Origin: Cyanidioschyzon merolae
Lineage: Eukaryota
Reading direction: 5' to 3' (one strand)
Assembly: GCA_000091205.1 (NCBI GenBank)
Contig: AP006487.2
Length of the DNA stretch: 64,000 nucleotides
The translations under genes and the position numbers were made by a program. The first letter of the stretch is position 1. Each line of letters starts with the position of its first letter. Shown piece after piece: positions 54,351 through 64,000 of this stretch. Below the pieces are notes generated by a model, which saw only the letters and a list, made by a program, of their open reading frames with translations, did no database searches and had not been told where the DNA came from.

Positions 54351-54569
54351 AGGTAGTGCAAAGAACACACCGTACCGGTAAGTCGCGCGTGCCGTGGAGG
54401 CGAACGCTGTCGTTCATTCGGCAGCGCTCGAGGCTGGCACCGACTTGCCCGACTAGATGCACTACTTTTTGCTCTTTGACCACAGTGAGATTGATTAGTC
54501 AGGTGTGTGTCATCAAATGCCTTATTCGGTTTATAGCAGATGGGCTGCAAAGTGCGTTCATTTAGAGAA

Positions 54570-55060
54570 ATAGAGAATATAAGATATAGGTATGGAGATT
54601 GAAGTCGAGGATCCTGGATTGCCTCTGTCCACGGGTGTCGGAAAAGAACGGGAATTTTCTCATCTTTTCGACGATCGAGCGAAGAAGACCAAGAAGAGGG
54701 GAGATGGACCACAAAAATGTGTTTGCCCGACGGGGCGATGACGAGAATCTAATCGCACAGAGGGCACGAGTTCTGGCAATCCCTGCATTGATGCGTTGCA
54801 CCAGATGAACTGCATAGAACGGCTCGTGAACGGAGACTTCGACGTCACAAGCAATATCAGGAGATGTGCGGTGCTGAAAACGAGACTCGCGGAGCTGACG
54901 CGAACTAAATTCGAGTGGCAGCCTCTAATACCCCCAGTGTGCCTGGATAAAAACCGCAACCGATGGCAGTCGGCGGATAGAAAAAGACTGGGCGGTGTCT
55001 GCGCGTGGGCAGCTATATGTACTCTCGATGGTGGTAAAACATTGCACGTTTTATAAATCA
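54570..55060 (+). pseudogene. TnpB/Fanzor-like relic, family I copy D (most degraded)
   Basis: ILDCLCPRVSEKNGNFLIFSTIERRR aligns with [21 protein letters not shown] of copy C. AQRARVLAIPALMRCT then CIERLVNGDFDVTSNIRRCAVLK (gac 54835-54837) aligns with KRMEFVNRDENAAINIRRCAVL. The tail block is RKRLGGVCAW. Confidence 0.45.
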
Positions 55061-56596
55061 TATGCCGAAGAGCAAGTTCGATTTGCAGCGTATGGAACCT
55101 AGTAGCGTTTCTTAAGCAAGTCTGGTCGTTTTCTACGTAATCAGAAGCATTTGCTCCGCCATCGCTACCTGAATGGAATCATTGATCCTGCATCATCAAC
55201 ACTGATTCCGTTGCACAGGACGTACGTAGAGCGCAATGATCACCGTGTGACGCCATGGCTCGCCAAAGCTCCAGGATCCGAGCACTGTGCAGGGACCAGC
55301 GAAGCTGCCGACTTTGTGGTTCCTCAAATGATAACACCTCGATTCGCGTCGAACGGTCTTCTGATCCACCAAAAAAATTTGGTGGGTCGTGATTTTGCGT
55401 TCTCCAAGCACGCCTCCATACACTGCTGCATCAGAGAACCCACTCGAAATGATGCCGTGTCCGTTATTGAATGACGCTTCCGAGCACTGGGCCTGCATGA
55501 AGCCGGTAGTCGATCCCTGAACGCTTCATGCGCGGACACGTACTATGCATAAGACTCGGAAACTCCGGGCTGCACAGGTCCATTGTCTGATGCTTCCAGC
55601 ATCAAAGTCGATCCCCGCTGACTGCCTAGATGACAAGCGAGATCCGCGTACAAGCCCGAGATCCCGTGCATCCAGCATCAAACGCGATTTCGCTCTACTG
55701 CCCAGAAGCGCAAGCATGAAAGCGTCTTGCTCCCGTATTCGACTGTTCCCGACAATGGTCTCGGGCATATGTTTGCTCCCGAATGAATACACCTTCGTGG
55801 AGCGCGCAGCATAGTGCTTTCTTTCCATCGCGCAAGATCAGAAAAGTCTAACCAGTTCTACCACGGATGCGTGTCGCGCGCTGGGCGTCGTACACGACCA
55901 CGATGCCGTGCATCCACCGATTCTCATGATGCAGACACGGTGTATCGAAGGAGTCGATTCTGAGTAGCCGAACGGTGTCGATACCAGCGCCTGGACCTCA
56001 CCATTTCCGCGCACGCTTCTTCCTTCTTCTATGCCAGCAGCAGCGTTCCTACATAAAAAACCCGCGCCATGAGACCTCTATCCGTCTACTGGGATAGCAT
56101 AGGCCGGCCGCACTTGCTTGGCCGGGCACATGCGCTCGATTCGAAATCCTGTCAAAGCACAGTGCCATCCACGTAACCTGCAAAAGAGCGGAGCTTCTCA
56201 GTAAAGCCTGTGTTTGCCGCCTGCCCGAACGAGGTATCAGAAACGTGCTCACCGACGCGCTGCGCACCGGCGCCTTCCAGCGCTGGAAGCAGTGCGCCTC
56301 GAGTGCACGGGTGCGGCGCCTGCCTGCCTGCCTGCCGGCTCCTCTCTATTCCGCTAGCGAACCAAGCACCCTGCTCTTTCCCCAGACACCTTGTCCACTG
56401 TGGAGGCCGCTCAGCTACAACTCCGACGTGCAGCGTCTGTCCACGATCAACACGAGTACGCACCTTGTGAAGGGTACAGTCGCGAGATACGTATGCTGGG
56501 CGCCAGCGCTGGCAGGTAGGCGGCGCCCCGCGCATTCTCTGCACACCCGAGGCGCGTTTTCGCGACTTTCCGTTACGTGAAGTTGGTGTCGGGTTC

Positions 56597-57661
56597 ATGG
56601 CGTTTCTTTCAAGTTGTCCGGGTGGATCGTGCCTGACACGAGATCATCATAAGCATCGGTTGGCGATCCGTTCTCGTCTGCAACGGTCTCTGTGTTGCAC
56701 GACGGCTCGCACCGAGCAGCAGGTCCAGGCCCAAGAGGTGGAGCGCCCCAAGCACTTTTTCGGACGCGTTATTACCGCTCTGGTGACGCCATTCAAATTG
56801 ACTGGCGTTGAGGTGGACTATGGTGTTGCTGAATCTTTAGCTGCTCACCTTGCTGAGAACGGTTCGGATGCGATAATTGTTGCAGGCACCACGGGAGAGT
56901 CGGCAACGCTGACCTGGTCGGAAGAGTACGAACTCTTTCGGGTGGTCAAGTCGGCCGTTGCAGGGACAAAGTGTCGGGTGATAGCGGGTGCTGGCTCGAA
57001 CTCGACGGAAGAGGCGATTGAGGCGACCAAAAAGTCGGCAAAGTTGGGTCTCGATGGAACCCTACAAGTTGTCCCGTACTACAACAAACCCCCACAACAG
57101 GGTATTATGGCACATTTTCGGGCGATAGCCAACGCAGCACCTGATCTGCCTATGATGCTCTATAACATCCCCGGACGCACGGGCATCAATATGACAGCGG
57201 AAACGTCGATCAAGCTGGCGGAGATGTGTCCGAATATCGTGGCGCTGAAGGAAGCATCAGGCAACCTGGAGCAGTTTGCTCGAATTCGGCGAGCAACGTC
57301 ACCCGACTTCGCCCTGTACTCTGGAGACGATGCGCTGACGCTTCCGCTTCTATCGCTCGGAGGCAATGGTGTGGTGAGCGTTGCCTCTCATTTCATCGGT
57401 CCCGAGATCCAGCGGATGATTGAGCACTTCGTGGACCTGGGGAATCCAGAAGAGGCGTTTCGAATTCACTGCCGATATATGGACCTGTTCGAGGCACTCT
57501 TCGTGATGGCGAATCCAATACCGGCAAAAGCAGCGCTGCGTTTGCTTGGCTGGCCGGTGGGCCCCACGAGACTTCCGCTCACGGATATCACAGCATCCGC
57601 AGAGCAGCAGTTGCGGCAGGCCATGATTGCGGCAGGCCTGCTTTCCAATGGAAGCGGATAG
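56597..57661 (+). CDS. DAPA: 4-hydroxy-tetrahydrodipicolinate synthase (DHDPS/DapA) with ~55-aa N-terminal targeting extension
   Basis: ALVTPF, GSDAIIVAGTTGESATLTWSE, RVIAGAGSNSTEEAI, GLDGTLQVVPYYNKP (active-site Tyr region), MLYNIPGRTG, ALKEASGN (Schiff-base Lys), GVVSVASH. The N-terminus MAFLSSCPGGSCLTRDHHKHRLAIRSRLQRS precedes the conserved core. Confidence 0.93.
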   Translation: MAFLSSCPGGSCLTRDHHKHRLAIRSRLQRSLCCTTARTEQQVQAQEVERPKHFFGRVITALVTPFKLTGVEVDYGVAESLAAHLAENGSDAIIVAGTTGESATLTWSEEYELFRVVKSAVAGTKCRVIAGAGSNSTEEAIEATKKSAKLGLDGTLQVVPYYNKPPQQGIMAHFRAIANAAPDLPMMLYNIPGRTGINMTAETSIKLAEMCPNIVALKEASGNLEQFARIRRATSPDFALYSGDDALTLPLLSLGGNGVVSVASHFIGPEIQRMIEHFVDLGNPEEAFRIHCRYMDLFEALFVMANPIPAKAALRLLGWPVGPTRLPLTDITASAEQQLRQAMIAAGLLSNGSG

Positions 57662-59139
57662 TGCTTCCTGGCAAGGCTAGCGCAGGTCTCGTGCCTGTGG
57701 CTGCGTTATCCACATGGGGGCCAGTGCCTTTCGCCCGCGTCTCGCTCTATGTGCGGCGACTTTGGGATCGCGCTCGCCTTTCACGCCAGTGTGTGTGTAT
57801 CTATGTGTGGGTTGCCCTGTCTTTCATGCAGGGCTTGCGTACCATGCGGGCGTTTGTTGCCCTGCCCTTCGTAGTTCGCATCAAGTTGGAAAGACGCGAG
57901 TTTCAAAAAGCTCCGGACTGGATCAAAGCACATGGCCAGGAGTTCCCGAACGAGCACGTAAAGTTTGAAGCTGCGCGTTGTTGTCTCTCGGAGGTCGAGA
58001 CGGACAGAAACGGATTTGTTTGGAAAGCCGACCAGGGCGCATTGGTCACGCAGGGCGCCTCGAGCGGAGTCCTGTTGCACACGAGAACGCTGTCGAAGCC
58101 GAAAGGAGCATTTTCGAGCCAGAGCGCCATCGGGGCTGTTGCGCGTAAAACGGATCTTGCGACTTTATGCAGCCGCTGCTTGCATTAAAAATAAGCCTAC
58201 TATGATCGTCTGCATGTCCTCGGTCGTGCGAAGATGCACGGCAGCTAGCTGGGTCTCAGCGGCGACAGTTTACGCTGGCCTGGTGGCATCGGCCTGTAAC
58301 CGCAGGGCACCCGAAGGGATGGGCATTTCGGCCGCGCTCCGGGGACATGGTGATAAGTCCCCGCATTCATGCGTGCCGAGCTTCCCTGAACGTCGGTAAT
58401 GATCGCGCACGTGAGCATTCCGGAGGACAGACTCAACAATCCAGCACCGTGAAAAATGGACGCGTATCGCCGGGACTCGAGCCCCGTGGACACCACGGCC
58501 AGCTGCGGTTGCCGTGGCAGAGCGCGAGCGGTGAGCGCCGGCTCCTTTTTGACGAATGCTTGACCCTGAGCCTGTCGATTTGCGTTCGAGAACCGCGAAC
58601 ACTCGCCGATGCTCTGGTTACGGATGCATCATCACAGCGCCACACGGCGCTGAACCGAAGGCACTGCAACACTGGGGGAGTGCATTGGCGTGCGGACGAT
58701 TCGCTGGGGGTTTCGCAAGACGTTCGGATTTGCTCGTCATGAAGCAGGTTGGGATCTGGGTCTCTCATATGCAATCGCCACTGGGCATCGAATGGATTTG
58801 TTGACCTCGAATGGGGTTCGGATCCCGCTGGCTGGGTAGCTCGGCTACGCGCGCACTGGGCGCGCTTGTGCTGCTCCGGAGCACGGACTACCGAAGCAAC
58901 ACAGCTGGACGCAGGGCTTGGATCCCGTCAGGCCAGAGAGGGCCGGCTTACTCAAGCGCGTTTTGAACACGTTGCAGGCGGTGAGCTCGAGGCACAATGT
59001 CTTCACATGCTGATCCTGAAGAAACTAAATTCACGCGCGGGGATTTTGTGTGCTGCAGACGAGGCTGGACACCGCAGCGACGACCTCCACCAATGGGAGA
59101 TTAAAATGGAGCACTGGGCTGCTCGCTATGTACGTGGAT

Positions 59140-60375
59140 AGGTTCTTCTCGACTTGTCTTTTCAGATGTAGAGCTGTGACTTTTCGAGAGCAGCAACAAG
59201 GGCTTGAGCACTCGTGTGTCGGTTTAGGATTCTCGGCCATAGTTTCAGAGTGGTTTTTTCGACGCTCTTCCACTAGGACTCGTTACATCACCGAAATCAA
59301 GACCATTCCCGATGTTCCGGAACTAGGGTTCGTAAACGAACCAATATTCGTCTCCAATGTGTACGTAAAGGTTTCCAATCTTCTCAATATCTTACTTTTG
59401 TAGCGTGCTCAAGCCACGTATGCTTGTAGTTTTGTCTCTTTCTTTCTCAAGGCAACTCATTGATATCGCAATGCTCGCCATTGCTTCGACGAGGGAAAAT
59501 GCTGGACGTCGTCCCTCGGAGACTTGTTCACGAGTTCATACCGACAATACGCGCAACATGCCACTTCGAATCATGCATTGCTTTCAAGCGGTACACTCAA
59601 TGCTCTCTGCGGCGGTCAACGAAACAGGATTCGCTATCTGCCTCGTACGTCTCACAGGACATACTTCCGGAGGCTGCAGTCTGTCTCTATTTTGCCTGGA
59701 ACGTTGTCTAGATTTCGGAATTGAGTCATCCGGGTGTCCGTGTCGAGTGCTACGTACGTCACTGTTTTGCACGAAGGAAGCGTCAAGGGATCGAATACCT
59801 TCGACTTGTTATCCAATCTGGATTTACCCCCCGATGTTTGTTTCATCACGAACAACATCGTGTTCCACCAATACGTTATCGAACGGAACAGGGCGCGGTT
59901 GGACTTGCAGCCATCAGCGCCGTCGCCGAGTACATCGCTCAGATCAAGCACGTGATCGCAGAGCACGGCGCCGGGTGCGGAAACTGCAATGGATATCAAG
60001 GGGAATCTTCTCTTCTCCGAAATGGCAAGTAGCCTGCGATGAAGCACGGGATCGCGCGCTGTAGGACGGCGCTCGGAGGACGAGGAGATATGGTCGATGC
60101 ATAGGCACACTTGGCAGCGGTCAAATGTCACCGCTGTGAAGCGCGGACCCCAGCTGTACACAAAAACAGATGAAAACAGCAAGCGAAGCGCGGATCGCGA
60201 TTTTCACCTGTGCATGGTTTGCGTGACCAGCAGCCGGACGCAACGGAATCGGAACTCGAATGCCGCCATCAACAACCCGCGAATGCTGAGAACGGAACCG
60301 AAGACTCACGAGAGACCAGCATATGTAGATCAGCAGATAATCGAGAAGGAAAGAAAGTAGTCTCAGAAAATGCAC
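59140..60375 (+). pseudogene. TnpB/Fanzor-like RuvC nuclease relic, family II copy 3
   Basis: In order: VSEWFFRRSSTRTRYITEIKTIPDVPELGFV; VNETGF; CFITNNIVFHQ (RuvC-I position, N codon 59854-59856); AEYIAQIKHVIAEHGAG; NVTAVKRGPQLYTKTDENSKRS (resembles the v.v.E.yTSKtC..C block); HLCMVCVTSSRTQRNRNSNAAINN (C-x2-C plus RuvC-III position, N codon 60253-60255). Several frame changes. Confidence 0.55.
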
Positions 60376-60557
60376 TCAGAATCTGGTATTGGTGATACGA
60401 GCACGTGATCAAAACGCTTGCGTTCTCGCCCGCGTCAGCAAAGTGATCGCGCGCATCGTTCCCCCACGCTGACACGCGTGTCCAGCGAGCTGCCTGCCAG
60501 GCACGCAGACGCGCACGCATGGCGGCGGATCGCGAAGGCGCCACCGCCGCGCTTCGG

Positions 60558-60618
60558 CGGCGATGCGCAGGAGCGCGCGGCGATGCGCAGGAGCGCGCGG
60601 CGATGCGCAGGAGCGCAG
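60558..60618. repeat. 20-bp tandem repeat x3 (CGATGCGCAGGAGCGCGCGG)
   Basis: Units start at 60561, 60581 and 60601, in the spacer between family II copy 3 and the DCC-family gene. Confidence 0.9.
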
Positions 60619-60723
60619 CGCCAATTCAACGCAAACAATTTCCGTTGTATACGATCATCTTCGGATTTTGGTTGAATTCGTTTGTTTCGTGCCTTTGAGG
60701 GCACCAGAGCAAGTGTTTGTGCA

Positions 60724-61461
60724 ATGAATTCGAGTTTTATAGTTTCCCCTGTGTACAAGAGTTGTAATTTGCGGTGTCGGGCTCTTTTGCTACGAAATCA
60801 CTGCGCTTTTGGGTCGAACGTGAGCGGGAGCGTGAACCGCCAGTGCACCCAGTTCTGGCGTGCACCGCAGCGACGTGTCTTGCGATGCGGCCTGACAGCT
60901 ACGGATTCTGGTCGGTCAACGCTTCCATCGCCCAAAGTTCGAGAAGAATCTAGCCGGAGGTTCTCAGATCAGGAGATCGCGTCTGAAACCCCGCTGGTCA
61001 CCTTGCTCTACGACGGTGAATGCCCGATCTGCATGAAGGAAGTACGCTTCCTACAGTCGCGGGACGCGGGCCGTGGCCGTATTGCATTCGTTGACATTAC
61101 GTCGCCAGACTACGACCCCGCGAAATATGCCGGTATCACGTTTGAGCAGGCAATGGGCCGCATTCACGGTATTCTCCCCGACGGCACGGTTGTGAAGAAG
61201 GTGGACGTCTTCCGAGCGTGCTACGAAGCAGTTGGCCTCGGCTGGCTTTGGGCAGTGACTAGCGTTCCCCTGGTGAAGAAGTTGGCGAATGCCGTGTATG
61301 ACTTTTGGGCGGATCGGCGTCTGCAGTGGACCGGGCGCGGCACGCTCGAAAGCGTACTTGCAGCACGCCGCGGTGCAGCACCGGCCGCCGATGGGGACGA
61401 CTGTTCCGAACGCTGCGTGATCGACTGGGGTGAAGATGAAGAGCCGGAGGAAAAGAAATAG
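60724..61461 (+). CDS. Thiol-disulfide oxidoreductase DCC family (DUF393) protein with N-terminal extension
   Basis: LLYDGECPICMKEVRFLQSRD (D-C-x2-C signature), IAFVDITS, GILPDGTVVKKVDVFRACYEAVGLGWLWAV, AVYDFWADRR. Track start is TTG; the first ATG is 60724. Confidence 0.75.
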   Translation: MNSSFIVSPVYKSCNLRCRALLLRNHCAFGSNVSGSVNRQCTQFWRAPQRRVLRCGLTATDSGRSTLPSPKVREESSRRFSDQEIASETPLVTLLYDGECPICMKEVRFLQSRDAGRGRIAFVDITSPDYDPAKYAGITFEQAMGRIHGILPDGTVVKKVDVFRACYEAVGLGWLWAVTSVPLVKKLANAVYDFWADRRLQWTGRGTLESVLAARRGAAPAADGDDCSERCVIDWGEDEEPEEKK

Positions 61462-61835
61462 TTTTCTTTTCAAAGGATCTGCGAACCATTGAGGTCATGC
61501 ATGACGTGAAGCTGCGTTCGTTGCGCGCTGCGAGCACACCGAGCGACGGCGTTGGCGTCGCTTAACGCATTTGCGGACTCGCGATGCGCGGTTGGTGCCC
61601 ACATCGAGTGCGTGCCCCAGCGGCGATTTGACCGCACATGTGCCAAGGCTGGTCGAGTAGGGAAGAAGGTTGAAATATTTGGAACAAATAGATTATTATG
61701 GACAAATGTGCATGCATATGCCCAGATTGACGCTGGTTCCTGTTCCCCCATGCTATGTAAAGTTGTCAACACTCGTACGTTTCTCTTTCCAACAAGGTGC
61801 CGCTGTTTCGCAGCGCTTTGTGAGCGTGAGCTCCA

Positions 61836-63569
61836 ATGCACGCGGGGGCTTTTTTGTCGGCACAACCAAGTGGTACGCTGGGTTACACGGCTAACCTTTG
61901 CCAGAGTTCTTTCGGCAAGCACTTGGATGCTCACTCTACGGCGCTCGGAAGCGCTGTACCCGCTTTCCGACGTTCACGTCACCGGCGGGGCGCAGGCGCC
62001 TTGCTCCTGCGACGCCGGTCGCTCCTCGCCGAGTGCGAGCAGCGTGGCAGACTGCTCAGGTCCGCAGCTACGAAAGGACAGAGGGACGTCGAAAGGCACA
62101 CCGCTACAAAGACGCTGGTGCTCACTCGACCGGTCTTTTACTCGAGGTGTCCTCAGCACCACAAGGCGTTCGAGAGACCAATAGCACGCTGGATGCAGGC
62201 AGCTTCGCTGTCGAGAACAGGCGGAACAGCGCGTGCCTCGGTGCCAAGCTTCCCGACGGCGCTGCGCCACATTGCGAACACTCTCCAGGAACCGCTTCAG
62301 TACACAGACTTTGTTGCAGTGGAGCGCGCGCGTCGGCATGTCGAGGCGCTGCTGCGGGGCGGGCCCCAGAACCTACCGGCTTTTGAGTTTCTGGCACCTG
62401 TCTCCGAGGAAGCGCCGCAAAATGCTCGCGGGCCGCGGAACCGCGCAGCGCCGTCGCGCTATCCCTCGCGAAGCCCGGGCGGTGTTGCACCACCCCATCG
62501 CTACTATGAGTTACGCTTGCGGCCACCGGGTGAAGAGATCGTTCTGCGGTCTAGCGATTATAAGGAGCGATGCTGTGGGCGCATGGGCGAGGAATGCCTC
62601 GCTAGCCAAGACTCGAATGGTGTCCAGTCATCGAGCGGCTCTTGCGAGCGCGAAGGGACTGCGTTTATTCGAGTTCCAGGGGTTGTAGATTGGACGGCGA
62701 AAGGCGCTCTCGAGAAATGGTTTGCACGAGCATCTCGTTGGCAACTGTTTGACGACGGCACCTTTGCTACCACCCAACGGCCGGTGATTGAGCTTTCCCA
62801 TCGCGAGGAGTCGGCAGCAGCCGCACCGTTCGCTGAGCCAGTCGTTGGATTCCGGATACATGATCGCCAATGGAGCCGCTACCTCTGCAACCATCCACGC
62901 GTCATCGCGATCGGTGACGTACATGGCTGTATCACAGAGCTGCAGGACCTACTCCGCGTCTGCGACTATCGACCTGGCGACGAGTTGATTCTGCTCGGAG
63001 ACCTGGTAGCAAAGGGCCCCGATTCGCAAGCCGTCGTGCAAATGGCCCGTGAAATCGGTGCTCGGGCCGTGAGAGGCAACCACGACCACGAGGTCATTCG
63101 TTGTCGGGAAGCAATGATGCGAGGCCACGATCCCAGCTACGCCTCCGTCGATCATCAGCGTATCGCGCGGCAACTGAGCCAACAGGAGCACGAATGGTTG
63201 CGGAGCTGCCCCTGGTACATCCGCTCAGAGGATCTGGAAACGGTCTTTGTTCACGCCGGATTCCAGCCGGATGTGCCTTTCGAGGAACAGCTGCCTCGCC
63301 ACATGATGAATCTGCGTTCTGTGCTCGAAAACGGTGCTCCAAGCGCTCGCCACTCGAATGGCATGGCTTGGGCGCGCCTCTGGAAAGGTCCGCTTCGTGT
63401 TGTATTTGGACATGACGCATACATGGGCCTCCAGCTCTGGGACAAGTGCATCGGCCTGGATACCGGATGCGTGTATGGTGGTAGACTCACAGCGCTGCTT
63501 TTGCCCGAAAATCGCCTGATATCTGTCCCTGCACGAAAGATGTACGTTGCTCCACGCAAACGAGGATGA
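61836..63569 (+). CDS. ApaH-like / PPP-superfamily metallophosphatase with ~340-aa uncharacterised N-terminal region
   Basis: VIAIGDVHGC (GDxHG), ILLGDLVAKGPDS (GDxVxxGP), VRGNHDHE (GNHD/E), VFVHAG, VVFGHD. Start codon uncertain: ATG 61836 is the first in frame, and internal Mets exist. Confidence 0.75.
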   Translation: MHAGAFLSAQPSGTLGYTANLCQSSFGKHLDAHSTALGSAVPAFRRSRHRRGAGALLLRRRSLLAECEQRGRLLRSAATKGQRDVERHTATKTLVLTRPVFYSRCPQHHKAFERPIARWMQAASLSRTGGTARASVPSFPTALRHIANTLQEPLQYTDFVAVERARRHVEALLRGGPQNLPAFEFLAPVSEEAPQNARGPRNRAAPSRYPSRSPGGVAPPHRYYELRLRPPGEEIVLRSSDYKERCCGRMGEECLASQDSNGVQSSSGSCEREGTAFIRVPGVVDWTAKGALEKWFARASRWQLFDDGTFATTQRPVIELSHREESAAAAPFAEPVVGFRIHDRQWSRYLCNHPRVIAIGDVHGCITELQDLLRVCDYRPGDELILLGDLVAKGPDSQAVVQMAREIGARAVRGNHDHEVIRCREAMMRGHDPSYASVDHQRIARQLSQQEHEWLRSCPWYIRSEDLETVFVHAGFQPDVPFEEQLPRHMMNLRSVLENGAPSARHSNGMAWARLWKGPLRVVFGHDAYMGLQLWDKCIGLDTGCVYGGRLTALLLPENRLISVPARKMYVAPRKRG

Positions 63570-64000
63570 TCATTGCGCACCAGAACGGACAAGGGATCGA
63601 GCGAGACGCGCCTGTGCAGTGCGCTGCTGATCTTGGGTCTGCGAAAAGATGCCAATGCGACTTGGCGTTGGCGAGATATGTATCGAGCATTCGCCACACG
63701 AAGCTTGCGCATGTATCCCGGGTATTCGATCTGGAGATTGAATCCATGCAGAGAACTGATAAGTGCTCGCACATCGAGGCTGTGGATCGCACGAAAGCGC
63801 CCTTCCACGAAGGACATCACGAGCGCTTTCCGTTGTATATCGACGGACTCGGTCTAGATCCAGAGACGTTGCATTGACCCCATTCTGCTCATGAAATTCA
63901 TGGAGAGCAATGATGTTACGCGCGCGCCTCGACGTGGACGGCAACGATGCAAGCATTGCTCCAGCGGCGACAGCGCACTGGTCTCTCGCTCGTGTCCGTC

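Noticed and set aside
55196-55828. Minus-strand ORFs with weak dUTPase/dCTP-deaminase-like strings (GSRAKSRLML..SAGIDFDAGSIRQW; GIISSGFSDAAVYGG..ERKITTHQIFL)
   Set aside because: The matches are short and degenerate, the ORFs are interrupted, and motif order and spacing do not convincingly fit the trimeric dUTPase fold.
63570-63956. 128-aa minus-strand ORF at the window edge, convergent with the ApaH-like gene
   Set aside because: No motif recognised. A second frame is equally open, and the locus is truncated by the window end.

Overview
The window is GC-rich, gene-dense eukaryotic nuclear DNA. Every gene I can recognise reads as one uninterrupted ORF, so no introns are needed. The ORF track uses GTG/TTG/CTG starts, and I re-set starts to the first ATG where that mattered. 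I can support about 21 host protein genes: a PIP kinase with a CBM20-like head, an Rsm22-like methyltransferase, a GT47-like glycosyltransferase, SepSecS, a DUF3493/LPA1-like protein, a UBC12-type E2, DIM1, a DEAH helicase, MoaE, an Oxa1/YidC-type insertase, an RNF5-type RING E3, a PAK/STE20 kinase, RPL37, TFIIH p62, a PTC7-type PP2C, DHDPS with an N-terminal extension, a DCC-family oxidoreductase, an ApaH-like phosphatase, and hypotheticals. Plastid-type genes and a MAF.. presequence suggest an intron-poor photosynthetic protist or alga. A cyanidiophyte-like red alga is my unverified guess. The main result is in the intergenic space. Comparing ORF fragments with each other shows seven decayed copies of TnpB/Fanzor-type RuvC nuclease genes in two families. 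Family I lies at 24.6, 42.2, 47.4-49.0 and 54.8 kb. Family II lies at 19.0-20.3, 22.2-23.5 and 59.1-60.4 kb. The same space also holds a Tc1-like DD34E transposase relic, a frameshifted non-LTR retrotransposon of about 4 kb, a palindrome of about 540 bp, a 77-bp x ~18 tandem array with 6-unit higher-order structure, and a 130-bp x 3 repeat. I saw no tRNA, rRNA or CRISPR array. All similarity statements come from by-eye motif and alignment reading. Boundaries of degraded elements are +/- about 50 bp.
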